From: Nymphaea colorata
Taxonomy: Eukaryota
Reading direction: 5' to 3'
DNA length: 64,000 nucleotides
NCBI RefSeq assembly: GCF_008831285.2
Contig: NC_045138.2
Span: forward strand, 39,060,001-39,124,000
The notes under the pieces are model-generated. The model was not told where the DNA came from. It saw only the letters and a list, made by a program, of their open reading frames with translations, and made no database searches. Positions 1 through 12,823 of the stretch are shown here, in pieces; position 1 is the first letter of the stretch, and every line of letters starts with the position of its first letter. A program made the position numbers and the translations under genes.

Positions 1-367
1 CTACAAAGGGAACAACAGAACAACAAAATAAGAATAAGACATTTTATTTAGTAAGTCCCATCAATGATTGCTTAGCGTTCAAAGTTGAAACAGTAGGATA
101 GAGTCATTGAGTGATGAGATAACACATTAGAGTGATGACTATCAAGTTAAAGGGATTTAAACGTTCAATTCAGCAATTCTTGGATTCTGAGTACTGAGAA
201 ATGAGTTCTAACCAGCCCTTTGCAGGAAAAGCCCGCCTCAGGACCTTTGTCCACGTTCTTGCATCGGCAGATTGAGAATTTCACCATTTGCACCAAGCAA
301 ATATGCCTCCAGATTAGAACAATACAATGTTACAAGTTCCAGTGCTTTATCAAGTCTTGAGCCTTTC

Positions 368-667
368 TCAACAGAGTTGAAAAATTTGCTTATTATTACC
401 AATCATCATATTCAAATGAACAAGGAAATATCATTGCTGAAGTAAGAATGCCGATCAAAGAACAGATACCGTCCTCGACTTGTAGCAGCCAGGACATCAA
501 GAAACTTTATCAACAGAGTTGACAAATTTGCTTATTATTACCAAGCATCGATATACAAATGAACAAAGAAATATCATTGCTGGAGTGAGAATGCCGATCA
601 CGCTACCACACTGAAATTGAAAGTTCAGATACCGTCCTCAACTTGTAGCAGCCAGGACATCAATAAA
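368..667. repeat. Tandem duplication, ~142-bp unit x2
   Basis: TCAACAGAGTTGA..AATTTGCTTATTATTACCAA...CAGATACCGTCCTC.ACTTGTAGCAGCCAGGACATCAA starts at 368 and again at 510; the second copy has a ~20-bp insertion. Confidence 0.9.
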
Positions 668-1550
668 TTAAAAAACATAAACACATTCTAATCTATGCAT
701 CCTTGCCTCTCCCCGTTCAGTCAAACAGAATCTAAAATACCTTTATTGAGAACTCCAAACTCCCGCATGTAAACACTAAAAAATCACTAAGCTTTCTTTG
801 CCGCATGGATGCAACCCAGTGACGAGCACAACTACTGTTTCAGAACCACCCGTGAAGATACCCAAGTGAATTAGAAAAATTGATTACACAGAACTGCATA
901 TGAATTAGCCTTTGGCAGTGTTGCAACAGCTAAGGGCATAGAGAAGTGATGAGATCTTCAAATTTCTTGTGAACTGATGAGAAACTGTAGTTGGACAAGT
1001 AAAAGAGAAGGGCTCAACTTTGTCAATTAGATTACGGGAGCAGCCTCACATGCAAATAAAGCAAAACCAGGTACGGACTAGAGCATCAAGGAAGCATTGC
1101 CCTCAATCTCAGAGCTCATTGTCCTGCTACCAGCACATAATAGTGCCACAGAAGATACAAGAAGGAAGCAGAAACCATGATTAGAGAACTGGGAGAATAG
1201 GTCAGCGGTAGAAAAATCAGGTTTTTAAGAGTAATCAATACAATAAGAGGTTCTTTCTATGAAACAACATGCATTTGTCCATCCTCCTGATTGTCGTTTG
1301 CTGCAAACCACATTAGACTGTAGAGGACCCCAAGTGAGGCATTCCCAACATGGATTCTACATGAATACCAAACAAGTGCAGACCAAACAACCCCAGAGCA
1401 GGAAGATACCTGCAGCAAAGGTGAGGAACAAGAGAGCAAGAGAGGAGGAGACACAGCTAGAGAAGGGGGATGCAGAAAGAGAGGAGGACACACAGCGAGA
1501 GAAGATATACCTGTGCAGCGAGACAGGAGAGGTTCCGTCGAGTGCGAGTG

Positions 1551-1795
1551 AGGAAGGGAAAGCAGCAAGAGAGGGGAAGATGGGCGTCCATGGGAGGGGA
1601 AAGCAGCAAGAGGGGAAGATGGGCGTCCATGGGAGGGGAAAGCAGCAAGAGGGAAAGATGGGCGTCCATGGGAGGGGAAAGCAGCAAGAGAGGAGAAGAT
1701 GGCGTCCACAGGAGGGAAAAGCAGCAAGAGAGGGGAGCGTCCACGGGAGGGGAAAGCAGCAAGAGAGAGGAGCATCGTCCACGGGAGGGGAAAAA
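1551..1795. repeat. Purine-rich minisatellite, ~39-bp unit x~6
   Basis: Unit GGGAGGGGAAAGCAGCAAGAGGGGAAGATGGGCGTCCAT at 1592 and 1631 (near-identical), with degenerate flanking copies. Confidence 0.95.
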
Positions 1796-2454
1796 TTGAG
1801 AGCCTAACGGCTCTCAGTTTTGTCTCCGCGAAAAAGTCCGACCTCACAGGTCAGACTTTTTCACGGGTGAAATTTCACCCGAACTTAAGAGTGAAATCGA
1901 GTGAAATTTTATCACGTTTGTTGCGTTGGGAGGTGAACGGGTGGAATTTCACCCACCCATACAGATTTCAACCGATGCACAAGATTTTTTCTATGCATGA
2001 AACGGGCCCTAAAGTGACAGTCTGGGAGTTCAACATACGACTGGCCTTGAACATCTGTTAAAATGATACTTCCTGATGATAGAGGCAGCACTTGTTATGT
2101 ACCTTTTCCTTGTCCTTTTTCTCTAATCTCAGAAGAGGATCTGACTGCAGGTCCTAATTGGCCTAGTGATATTGGACCCTTACCCTGAAATACCTTTTCT
2201 CACGACCTGAAATTTAGGTCTTTGTTCTCGCCTATCTATCATCTACAATTGGCTGTCTAGTTTTCATGTGGCGAATGGAGGTTTGTATCATCGTTCATCA
2301 ATAAAACCAAACTAGGATGGGGAAAGTGCCCCATCATTTTACTAGAAAAAGCATAGTGAGGAGGAGGGATTTTGTGCTGCAACCAATCTTGTAAAGTGGG
2401 TATAGTAATCTGTGTTGGTTGGGCTAATAGATACATCATAATGCATCCAAAACT

Positions 2455-3060
2455 ATTGCTATCATAACTTTATTTTTTAATTAAATAAAATCAACAAAAC
2501 AAGAAAAAATAGAAAAAATCAAGAAAAATAGGTTCTCTATAAAAATATGTCATACATAAATATAACCTTATAGGCTTATATTGATATGAACATTCATCAA
2601 GTTAAGTATTTAATAAAAAAAAAACTAATGTCATAACTCATAAACCATAACACATCAAGAAATAAGTTTAAAGTATTATACTTCACAAGATGAGATGAAA
2701 TAGTTGAATGCAAATAATATATGAAAATATCATCATGATCATTCATCATCCTCATCTTCATTCTCATTCTCATTGTCATTTCCGTCTTCTTCTTCAAATC
2801 AAATGTCCTTGTGGACATAGCCAGGTTCACTTTCACATGGATGTTCACCTGCAAATTGACAGTTCCTCTTTCAAATTGATAATTTCTCCTTAGAACCCAA
2901 CTCAAAAAAGGGGGACTCAGGGTTGTATTGTCTTGTACAATAAGATATAGGGTTATGTATCATAAAATACACACGATATACCACTTTTTAAGATATGGGT
3001 GGTGTATCATATCATATTTCTTAATAGATATGATATATATATTGCAACATACAGCTACAT
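2455..3060. mobile_element. Decayed hAT-like non-autonomous remnant in the LACS intron
   Basis: AT-rich block, an acidic-codon tract on the minus strand (EEEDGNDNENENEDEDDE*) and repeated GTATCAT/GATA(T/C)A motifs. No clear TIR or TSD. Confidence 0.3.
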
Positions 3061-3316
3061 ATTATAGGATGCATACAACAGTGGCTGCAACTAGTCGCTA
3101 TTAATTGCTTCCATCAAAGAAAGGACTGAGTTTCTCCTACAGTTTGTGCCTTCATGGTTTGGGAATAACATCTGTTGGCATACATAAACTGTTTTTACTT
3201 TGGTTGAGAGTCTATGGGCGGAAGTCTTCATTTGATTTCATGTGGAAAATCTCAAAGATCCAATCTCCATGTTCACTGATAGTACCTTTCTGATGCTACA
3301 TCATTGTTTCCTGCAG

Positions 3317-5506
3317 GTCTCACTGAAACATGTGCAGGGACATTTGTTTCTCTACCGAATGAACTGTCAATGCTTGGTACTGTTGGGCCTCCTGTTCCTA
3401 ATGTGGATGTACGCTTAGTGTCTGTTCCAGAAATGGGATATGATGCACTTTCAACCACTCCACGTGGAGAAATTTGCATAAGGGGAGACACAGTTTTCTC
3501 TGGTTATTACAAGAGAGATGATCTAACAAAAGAAGTCTTGATAGATGGATGGTTTCATACAGGTCTGACTCTTGTTTATCTTGTTACTTTAGAGTTAAAA
3601 TTTTTGGTCGAGGTGAAATAGGATCTTGTATAGCATCCTTCTAATATTTGGATGTAGGATTCTTTGAAGCTTGCACGTTAATGACATAATTCAACTGGGA
3701 TGCAGGAGATATTGGCGAATGGCAACCAGAGGGAAGTTTAAAGATCATTGATAGGAAAAAGAACATTTTCAAGTTGTCACAGGGAGAGTATGTTGCAGTT
3801 GAAAATCTGGAGAATGTATATGGCTCTTGTGCTGCTACTGATGCGGTATGCCAAAATGACTTTTTGTCATTTGTTATCACACATTTATGCCTTTGAGTTG
3901 CTTGCATTAGATCTACCTTTTACTTTCCAATGGCACATCAATTTGTAAAATACCTGAAGGCAAACAAAGGAAGAAGAAAACATTGGTCGCCACTCCTGTA
4001 GCCTCCATAATGTATTTCTGTCCTTCAAGTATTAATTATAATGTTTGGAAGATCATATGATTTTTCTGTTCTTTGGTTTCATTCTAGCAATGTTTGTGCT
4101 CATTTTTCTTCCTCCCTCAAATATTCATTTGTTTGGTTTTTCTTGTTGTAACTTGTAAGGAATCATTCTGTACTTTTTTGTTCTGTCAGATATGGATATA
4201 TGGGAATAGCTTCGAGTCATTCCTTGTAGCAGTTGTAAATCCAAACAAACAATCTCTTGAGCATTGGGCTGAAGAAAATGGAGAAAGTGGTGATTTTACT
4301 GTTTTGTGTGCAAACCCAAAGGCTAAAGAATATATGCTTGGGGAGCTTAATAAAATTGGGAAAGAGAAGAAGGTATGTATCGGGTCATGATACCAACTTA
4401 GTTAATGCCCTTGTTATGTTCTTGATCACTATGATTTTTTTTTTGTTGTCTTATTTTGGGCAGTTGAAAGGATTTGAATTTATAAAAGCTGTTCACCTTG
4501 ATCCATTACCTTTTGATATGGAACGGGACTTGATTACACCAACATACAAAAAGAAGCGACCACAACTGCAGAAATACTATCAGGTCAGGTTCCATCCCTG
4601 TCTATGTAGAAACTCTGAACCGTGATATTGCATTTCACAAATGCACCTTTTGGTTGTTTCAATGTTTGAAGTTCTAAAATAAAACAAAATGGATATTTCC
4701 CATCAAGTTGCAACAGTTCACTGCTTACATTTTAAATGATGGTTTGAACATTGAATCATCCTTTTAGAAAGAAAAAAAAAACTTTGGTGTGGCACCTGGT
4801 GCCTAAGCATCTTATGCACGACACTTTTTAGAGTGCATTTGGTGTTCCTGCTTGGAGCAGAGCACCCTGTGATGGTTGAAAATTGACCCAAAGGGGTTGG
4901 CATAGTGTAGAAGTGGGCTGTGAGGCATGGTCGTAGTTTCGATCACCATGGGCTTTAGCCTCCCATGGCCTCCCAATGTAGGTCCACTGATGTATCTTGT
5001 GACCCTGGGTCGGGGGTAAGGGGACAAGGTTGTAACAGCCTTGTCGAGGGTATCATGTGGTTGATGGTTAAGGCCGTGTTTATGTAAAAAGTGGCTGTCA
5101 ATTCTTTTTGTTGATTAGCTTTCAATAAATTTGGTATAAATTTGTCTTCTACCCTGAAGGACAATAAAAATGGATTCTTGGGTTGGCAACCTAAGAGTAA
5201 CATGTTTCCTTCTAGTAGCTGAACCTCAGATGACTATGTGCTACTTGCTGCTCAGTGCCTTTCTGCTAATGTTAGTCGAAGCTTCCAAACTTTATACCCA
5301 CAAGCTGTAGTAACCTTTAGTACCTGATCTTTAGTCGATTTCCTCAAAAATGGTCTTCTCAAGTTAACCTTGTCCTCTTTCCTATTTGCTCATTTTGTTA
5401 GTGTCATAACACTGTTTTGCTTGTGTTTGTTTTTCCTGATGAATGCCGATGGTTCAATGTCTGTCCACAGAACGTGATTGACAACCTATACAAGAGCATC
5501 AAGTGA
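3317..5506 (+). CDS. LACS4: Long-chain acyl-CoA synthetase (LACS4/5-like), 3' part; upstream exons lie before the window. Exons 3317-3562, 3706-3845, 4190-4372, 4464-4583, 5471-5506
   Basis: Spliced translation [10 protein letters not shown]...GEICIRG...[42 protein letters not shown]...[14 protein letters not shown]...[33 protein letters not shown]-binding/FACS motifs present; all introns GT-AG and in phase. Paralogue number is less certain than the family. Confidence 0.93.
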
Positions 5507-7249
5507 GCAATTGTGTGGCGATGGACATGTAACTGTAGGTATATCTCGTGTCCGATAATTGGTTTAGTCAAGTACTGGTCCATTTAACAGTTCATGTGTA
5601 TTGTGGCAATGAACAAAACCTTTATAAAGGTGTCAAATATGGTTCAGATCAATAGATAGCATAAGTAATTTCATCTCTGTGTCTCTTCAAAATGTTTGCT
5701 GTGTAAATCATAATCTGGTGCTTTGGATTTATTATTGGTACGGGCTCCATCTATTGTGAAAGTAATAATGAACAATGTTTCGAACTAGGGAATGGTAACC
5801 AGCATTTCCTTTCATATATATCATTGAAAAACTTCGAATGTTTATTCTATCCTTCGTTTAACCATTTTTTGGTTTGAACTCATCAGATCTCATTTCCTGT
5901 TGGGTTGTAATTATTGTTATCACCTGTTGTGCCTGTAAATTGTCACCTACAGAATCTCTTGTGCATAATTCCGTAAGGTGTTTGGTGGGAAAGGAATCTG
6001 AACCCTCCTCCTATCAAACAGAGCCTTGGTGTGCTTGCTGAACTGAAAGTTCTTGGGATTCAGGGAGGATTCTTTTGGGTTTTAGAAGATGCAAGAAAAA
6101 GCTTGCAAAAGGGAACTAGCTTAATCGATATGACAAAAGCATGCTTCAGTCCGACCATTTTTTTCTTTTCTTTTCTTTTTTTTCCATTTTACTGTGCTTT
6201 TGTGTTCAAAGGGGTTAGCTCCAAAATACGGTCATGTTTCTATTTAATTCCTCTAAGAGGAATGGCTACATGCATGGAAGGTTTAACCGGGACGTGTTGA
6301 AACCTGAAGGCACATTTGCTTGCTCAGAAAACTTTTACTTCATGTAAAAGTTTTTTTCTCCATAGTGAAGGCAATCGAATGCATGGTAGACCTGGAATTT
6401 CTTTTATCACTGTAAAGATTTTCTATACTTGAGGTCGAGTAAATTTGGTGGGGGAAGAGATTGGGCATTCTTCACTTATTTTCTGGGTTTAGGTGTCCCC
6501 TGATAAAAGTACACTTGCTCTAAGAGTGTTTTCTTTGTTAAAAACAAAAACTTCCCTACAGTCCTGGTGCTGAAAGATCTTGGAATTCCTTTGAAACTCT
6601 GTTTTGTGATGTCCCCGATTTGGTGTCCTTGATTCTACCGTGAGAATCTGAAGTGAGAACCTGACAAGTCATAATCTGGTAGTCATATGTCCCAATAGTC
6701 TGGAAGTCAGGAATCAGGAATCCTGGAAGATGAATCTTGGAAGTTCCAAATTCAATGTCCTGGAGGTCAGTTTAAGGGAATTCCAACTTCTGATATCATT
6801 GGAGTTCCAAAAGTTGTGATTTGAACTTATGAGTCATGCGCATTCTTGTGCATTTATTTTGTATTCCAATTCTCGTTTTCAGATCTGTCTCCTGGAATTT
6901 AAAGTCTTAGTTCCTGTCTCACTCATCTTATTGAGAAACCAAAAGAGAAAAAAAAAAAAACAAAACAAAGGTTGGCCGCCAAAAATTTTCTTTCTCGTCC
7001 GAGATGACTGATAATGTAGGGGACTGCCATATTGGACAAGTTGTGTCTGCTTTTTGCCTGCATCTCTCAAAATAAGACATAAACCTGTTTAAAGCTTTCT
7101 TTTCACTGAGCAATTTTTGTGGAGTATCTGAAAAAATATATGGTATGTACATAAAAAATAAAAACCTCCGAGAAGAGATGAGAGCTTTAGATACTGTTAC
7201 ATAGTTACGGAACCCGCCATCCCCTAAACAACTTCTCACAAGCCAGTAA

Positions 7250-7960
7250 AACCCACAGAAGAAGCATCCACGCTTCATCATTTGCCACAGGCAACCGCAC
7301 TTTATAACACCCAAAAGGAGGCTTTTCCCTTTACACAATAGAAAGACAAAGAGAAGATGATGGCAATTGCGATTTTGATTCTTACCACCAGTGCTCCTCT
7401 GTCCTGGATCATCAGTTTGGACCCTTAAAACTTCTAGTTTTCTTAGGTTTTCCCTTTATTCCAGGTGAGTTGGAAAAATAATTCCTACCTCTCCGTAGAG
7501 AGATAAAGCCCCCACTCTACCCATCATCTCACTAAGATGCAAGGTTTGCCTTTGCTGTTCTGAGATGCTGAATGGAATGCCTTTAACTTGCACATTGACA
7601 GTTGCCTTTTTAGCAGCACAAAGTGTTTGGCAGCTCGGGCACTAAAACTGGAGTTTGGGTTTGCCTCTCACATACTAGGCTAAATGGAAAGTATAGTTCT
7701 ATGTTCCCGAAAGCAGGTCGATTGCGGAGCACCACCGTTTAAAACGCTGGGGCTCATAATTCAGTCCGGCCGATTGCTTCCGATCTCCAAATGGGCCGAA
7801 AGAACATGCCATTCAATGATCCATCCGCATTTCCTTTGAATGCAATGACTCATGTCTCCATTTTATCCACAATTTATAACATCGGGGAAAATGACTTCAT
7901 ATCTCGGATCTGAGATCCCCAGGAATTCAGGCACAGCTTTCAACTTTTCCTCCCATCCTT
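7250..7960 (-). mobile_element. Degenerate LINE (L1-type) ORF1 fragment
   Basis: Minus-strand VNVQVKGIPFSI (~7600; resembles the DUF4283 W-V-Q-x-x-G-[IL]-P motif). About 90 codons later EKPPFGCYK/CGCL.. (~7330-7270; decayed zinc knuckle with a frameshift). Stops present. Confidence 0.4.
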
Positions 7961-10822
7961 TTCAATGTTTCCTGTGAGTGGGAAGGTAAGAAAAAAGTTG
8001 CGTTAGGACCACTCTTTTCCACTCAATTTTTTCCACAAAGATAAGGGCAAGAGCCAATCCTATCTGCTTTCTTTTGTTTAATCAAGCAGTGGTACGTTGG
8101 TTCGAGGTGTTCAGGGAAGTCTAGAATTCGATACTTGCAGTCTGCAAGTTGACTAGAACATGGACGATTTAGTGGCGAGAGAATGTTACAGACCGACGAC
8201 CGTGCCTTGCCTAGCAAAATGAGTGGCGTGGGTGACTGTCTTGGGCATTGTTTGGAAAGCAAGTGAGATAACAATCGGACGCTGAGCCAAGCAAAAAACT
8301 GTGCACACCCTATAAAATGCAATGGTGTTGAGACAAAATGTATATGCAGCCTTAGCAGTACAGAGATGTGCATGAGAACGTTGGGCTGCAGAAAAGGTGT
8401 GCATGAGTTAGGGTTAATTCTTTCTATGGACGCATAGGCTGTGTCTGCAACTGCAATGGTGGTGCAGGGTCGAGTAACAGAGAGTCTGTCTTTCATGATG
8501 AACAAGAGATGAGTGCTGCACAATTTTACAGCAATACAGATAGCCAAAACAAACATGCTAAAAGAAATGTGGCTTTTCTTGTCATTACCATTGATGAAAA
8601 ATCAAGATACCACAAAGGAATCAGGTAGCTCTGCAATTAGAGAGTGGGAAAGACCAAAAGAAAAGGTTAGGTGCTCTCTTACCTTTTTTGCACTGCCCAA
8701 GTGGAGGTAGGTGTGGGTAACGTGTGGCAATTGCCTACAAGGAACCACAAAAAATAGTTATTTTTATATCGACACGTTACTATAATTTTTTTTTTTTTTA
8801 TGTTGATGATTTTAAAAATTAAAACTTTTATTACGATAGCGTTTTTCGTTATGAAAATTTGACAGGTGTCGGACAGTCCAAAAAGAAAATTTGCAATTAT
8901 ACTGCACCAGGTCGACCTCCCCCTAGAGAGAGAGAGAGAGAGAGAGAGAGAGTGTGTGTGTTTTAACTCGTTTGTTGACTTGTTCTGGTCTGGTGTCTTT
9001 CATCAAAGACCAATTTTGTTGTTTAAGGCTTCATTTTCCATTTGAGAGAGAGGGATGGAGAGAGATTTTTAAATTGGTTTTTTGAAATCTGGTGCTTTTC
9101 ATGAACGCCCAACTTTGTTGTTTTAGATTTTTTATTGGCATATGATATTTGATTTTCTATCCTGTTGTAATTCTAAACAGAGAGAGAGCTGACAAAATAA
9201 AAGTCAATGAAAAATAAAATGTAATAACAATGCGTCACCAATGTACAGAAGATAAAATTGACATAAAAGAAAAAATAGCACATCAAAAACCAGAGAAAGA
9301 ACAAAAAGTAAGAGGAGAGAGGAAGAACTAGTAACTAGTAAGAAGCAGAGGTCATTCAGTGTGGAGAGCGAGAGAGATCTGTAACCTGATTTTTTGATAT
9401 TCGGTGTAAGACCAACTTTATTGTTTTGGGCTCTTGACTGGCATTTGCTATTTGATTTCCTTTTGTGGTGTAATTCTTTGTTGGGCGAAGAGATATATGA
9501 CTTGCCACACGCAATTACTCTTCTTCAGAGCAATCAATGGCTGGAAAGCAATCCCTTCTTTTCCTGCTACTGGCCGTGTCATCGCTTTAGGTAAATAAAA
9601 AGTCATGCGTGCTTTTAGAATGAACATTTAGCTCTACCCGTAAATGATAAAGCTAATGGAAATCAAAGGGCCCTTTTCTCATTGTTTTTCATATTATTTT
9701 TTATTCATCTAGATCTAACTATCTACCACCTACTACTTTTTTGATATATATATATACACACACACACATAGGGTTAGAGTCACCTAATCTAAGTAGAAAA
9801 TCCAGATAATTAATATAAGTAGATGCTTTTACTTAATGAGATCCCACATTCAACTGCCATGCACATTTTGGGGACAGGACAGGTACCAACGAAAATGGTT
9901 GGTAAGGAGTACAAGTTCATTGCCATTAAAATATGAAGGAATGCACTTGTTCATTTGATATATACGGAAGAGGAGGCAATGGCATGAAATTGATTGATGA
10001 TGGCCCAATCCCCAGGCCAGGACGCGCCCGAGTCAAGGCTCGGCCTTTTGCTTTTTGCGTTTGCGTCGACGCCCGCCACCTAACTTTGACAAGTACTCGC
10101 GTCATTCCACCAACCGACACGACCCCACCTGCCAAACATCTCTCCCCTCCCCGTAGTTGGCCGTTTAATAAGGTCCCTTTCCTTCGTACGATTTTTGAAG
10201 CAGTGAGCTCTCGCGTCCCATTCTTGATCTTCGAGGTCATGCGTATATATACGAAAAAAAATCAAAGCAAAATGTATCGTCGACGTGGTTCTGGTTCAGA
10301 CTAACTATTGAAGCGTTTAAAAACAGTTCATACCTTTAATTTTTAAACAACACACACCGGGTGAGGAAGAGAGAGAGAGAGACCTTGTCTTTTGTCTTGT
10401 AGGCAATTGAATTGAAAGATCCATCCTCAACTGCTCCCATTTGGTTTCAATGTTAAATTATCAATTGCTCCTTCTTAAATAAATTAAATTGGACAACATG
10501 GAGTATTCTAAAAATAACATAATTGCCCACACCAGCCCCACAATGTTTCTTTATTTTATGTGTCCTTTAAACTATATATATATATATAGTATATGAAATC
10601 CTAAAGGTTTACGAGTTTTTGTGTAACAACTCGGCCCACTCATAAGCTCGTGCCTTTAATGCAATGGATCCTAACCCGCTCCCTAGTAGTTTCGGCTTTA
10701 TTGGCAACCTCTATAGACCATCCCCACTTTATTGACTCATAAGCTACATGGTGAGGTCCTTCTCAAACATCTTACTTAGTAGGATGGAGGCAGTCCACCC
10801 AACCACATCTTAGTTCTAGAGC

Positions 10823-11001
10823 CAGTGGTGGAGCAGAATTTTTTTTTTTTTTGAAGGGTACTGATTCATAGGTTTTCATACTTGAAAGGACACTTACATA
10901 TATAACAAAGTAAATATAAATAGTCATAATACAAAAATGAATGACAATTAGGAAGCTGGTGTGGGCAGTTGCCCACACCAGCCTATGTCGCTCCGCCTTT
11001 G
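10823..11001. mobile_element. hAT-type MITE with 8-bp TSD
   Basis: Imperfect TIRs CAGTGGTGGAGC / GCTCCGCCTTTG, flanked by perfect TCTAGAGC at 10815-10822 and 11002-11009; AT-rich core. Confidence 0.85.
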
Positions 11002-11758
11002 TCTAGAGCCAAATGGTTTATGGAAGGGAATGAGTACTGAATCAACAAAACCTAGAGAGATGTGGAATGAACCATCAATCATCAAGTCCTTTTGTTTATT
11101 AAATTGCATCTAGCCCATCTATATGAAGGAAACTTCATTCACATCTACCTCTACACGAGGGCTGGCTAACAGGCTGGGCCAGCTTGATATTAGGTCAGGC
11201 TGCAGCTCAAGACCAACTTGGTTGGATTAGAATAAAAAATATATTTTTAATATAATATAGTATAATATACGTTAATAATATAATATAGTATAATATATAC
11301 TATAATAAATTATAACAAAGTATATAATTATTTATATTTAAATAAAATAATATTAAAAAATAAGTTATTTGGCTAACTTGGAATGGCCCGCACCCAATTT
11401 TGTACAAGGAAGCCAAATTCTTAGGGGCTCCCCAGCCCCAACCAGCACCAATTCCTGAAAGTAGTGTCTTAGGATTTGTTGATCGGGTAGGTTCAAATTT
11501 AGGGTTGGGACTTACACATTAGCTCTTTTCTTTGCTTGACATCTTTGAAAGGGCTTAAATAAGTTCTTTTGGTGAACTTTGATGGGGATGTCTTGTATAA
11601 TAGAACTTGTTGGGCAAAGGATCAAGTAAAAGGTGTGATGTCAATTTGATTCATGTAAGTGTTACTCACTTTAAGTTATAAAGAGTGTGACACTCTGATT
11701 AACAAGTATACCATAACTTATTCGGGTCCCCTAAGAAACCTTAGTCCCTTGAAAGTAA

Positions 11759-12144
11759 AGAGACGTTTGATGGCTTATAACTTTGATTATAGAATCAAAA
11801 TTCCACATCAACATGGACTTGGAACGAAAATTGCAATTCTAATTTTCCTTTGGGTTTGATAGTATGGAATTTTGATTTTAAAATTAAAAATAACTTGTTT
11901 GATGAAAAGGAAATTAAAATTCTAACATTTAAAGCCTTCATGTCTTGTACTCCAAAGAGAAATAAAAAGATTCCAAAATTCTAGAATCAAAATTTCATCC
12001 TATGGGCTGAGATCATGATTCTAAACTCTTCTTTTTTATGATTCCAGAATCATAATTCTTTGTTTCACAATCCAATTCTCGTTTTGAAAAAACAAGAACA
12101 ATGATTTTAAAATTCTATTGATTCCAAATGAATCAAATGCCCCC
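11759..12144. mobile_element. Tourist/PIF-like MITE, degenerate
   Basis: Ends AGAGACGTTTGAT / ATCAAATGCCCCC, preceded by TAA; internal repeated GATTC/GAATC motifs. Confidence 0.4.
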
Positions 12145-12679
12145 GAAGTTGGTCCTTCGATATATGTACTTTAATTTAGAGAGAGAGAGAGAGAGAGAGA
12201 GGATAAAATGAGAATGCATGACAAATTTTGAGAAAAAAAAGTCTTCTTCTATATGCAAGAACATACTACAAAAGCAAATACAAGAACAAATGAAAGAAAA
12301 AGAAGAGAAAGAGAAGCGGAACCTTCTACGGCACTGGAAGCAGCATTATACCTTTGAAAAAAAGGAATAAAGAATAAAGTCAAAGTCAAAATTGAGGGTA
12401 CCATGTGGTTGGTGGGTATATCTCACCTAACAGGCTAACCCTCTCTCTCTCCGTTCCATACCAGTAGGCCCACCATCGATCTCCCACACGGACCCGGTAC
12501 CTCCCACTGCACCACCTACAACTTCACCTAATTTAAGCAAATGACCAAACGAGTCATAGAAAAAAAAATGCAAATTCTGAGTAGACGCGTGTCGGTGCAG
12601 TTTCAGCACTCCCAAAACGCCATACCATATCCAAGTCGAGAGAAAGGTTTGACTTTGTGTTCATGAATTATATATGACA

Positions 12680-12823
12680 ACAACGGAACCAAGATTTTTT
12701 TTTACTAGAGTTGGCGGCATAAGTTTGTTCTACACATCTGTAATATAAAAACTTTATAATAAGTTTTTTGTTAGGCTGATGTGGGCAATTGCCCACACCA
12801 ATCAACAAGTATTTCTACCACTG
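12680..12823. mobile_element. Degenerate copy of the hAT-type MITE family
   Basis: Shares GTGGGCAATTGCCCACACCA and an AATTTTTT-type subterminal tract with 10823-11001; termini eroded. Confidence 0.5.

Larger units (their letters stand above)
1..2009. mobile_element. Right-hand end of a PIF/Harbinger-like DNA transposon (no transposase seen) inside a long LACS intron; other end not visible in the window
   Basis: ...TGCATGAAACGGGCCC at 2009 followed by TAA (reverse complement GGGCCCGTTT, a PIF-type terminus with TAA/TTA target). Subterminal GTGAAATT(TCAC) motifs at 1865-1955 and internal tandem repeats. Left limit unknown. Confidence 0.55.

Noticed and set aside
1257..1847. Several overlapping 100-196 aa ORFs on both strands
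   Set aside because: They arise from the stop-poor 39-bp minisatellite inside a transposon-like intronic insert; no recognisable domain.
8023..8556. 177-aa minus-strand ORF
   Set aside because: No recognisable motif; adjacent to a decayed LINE fragment, so probably chance or TE-derived.
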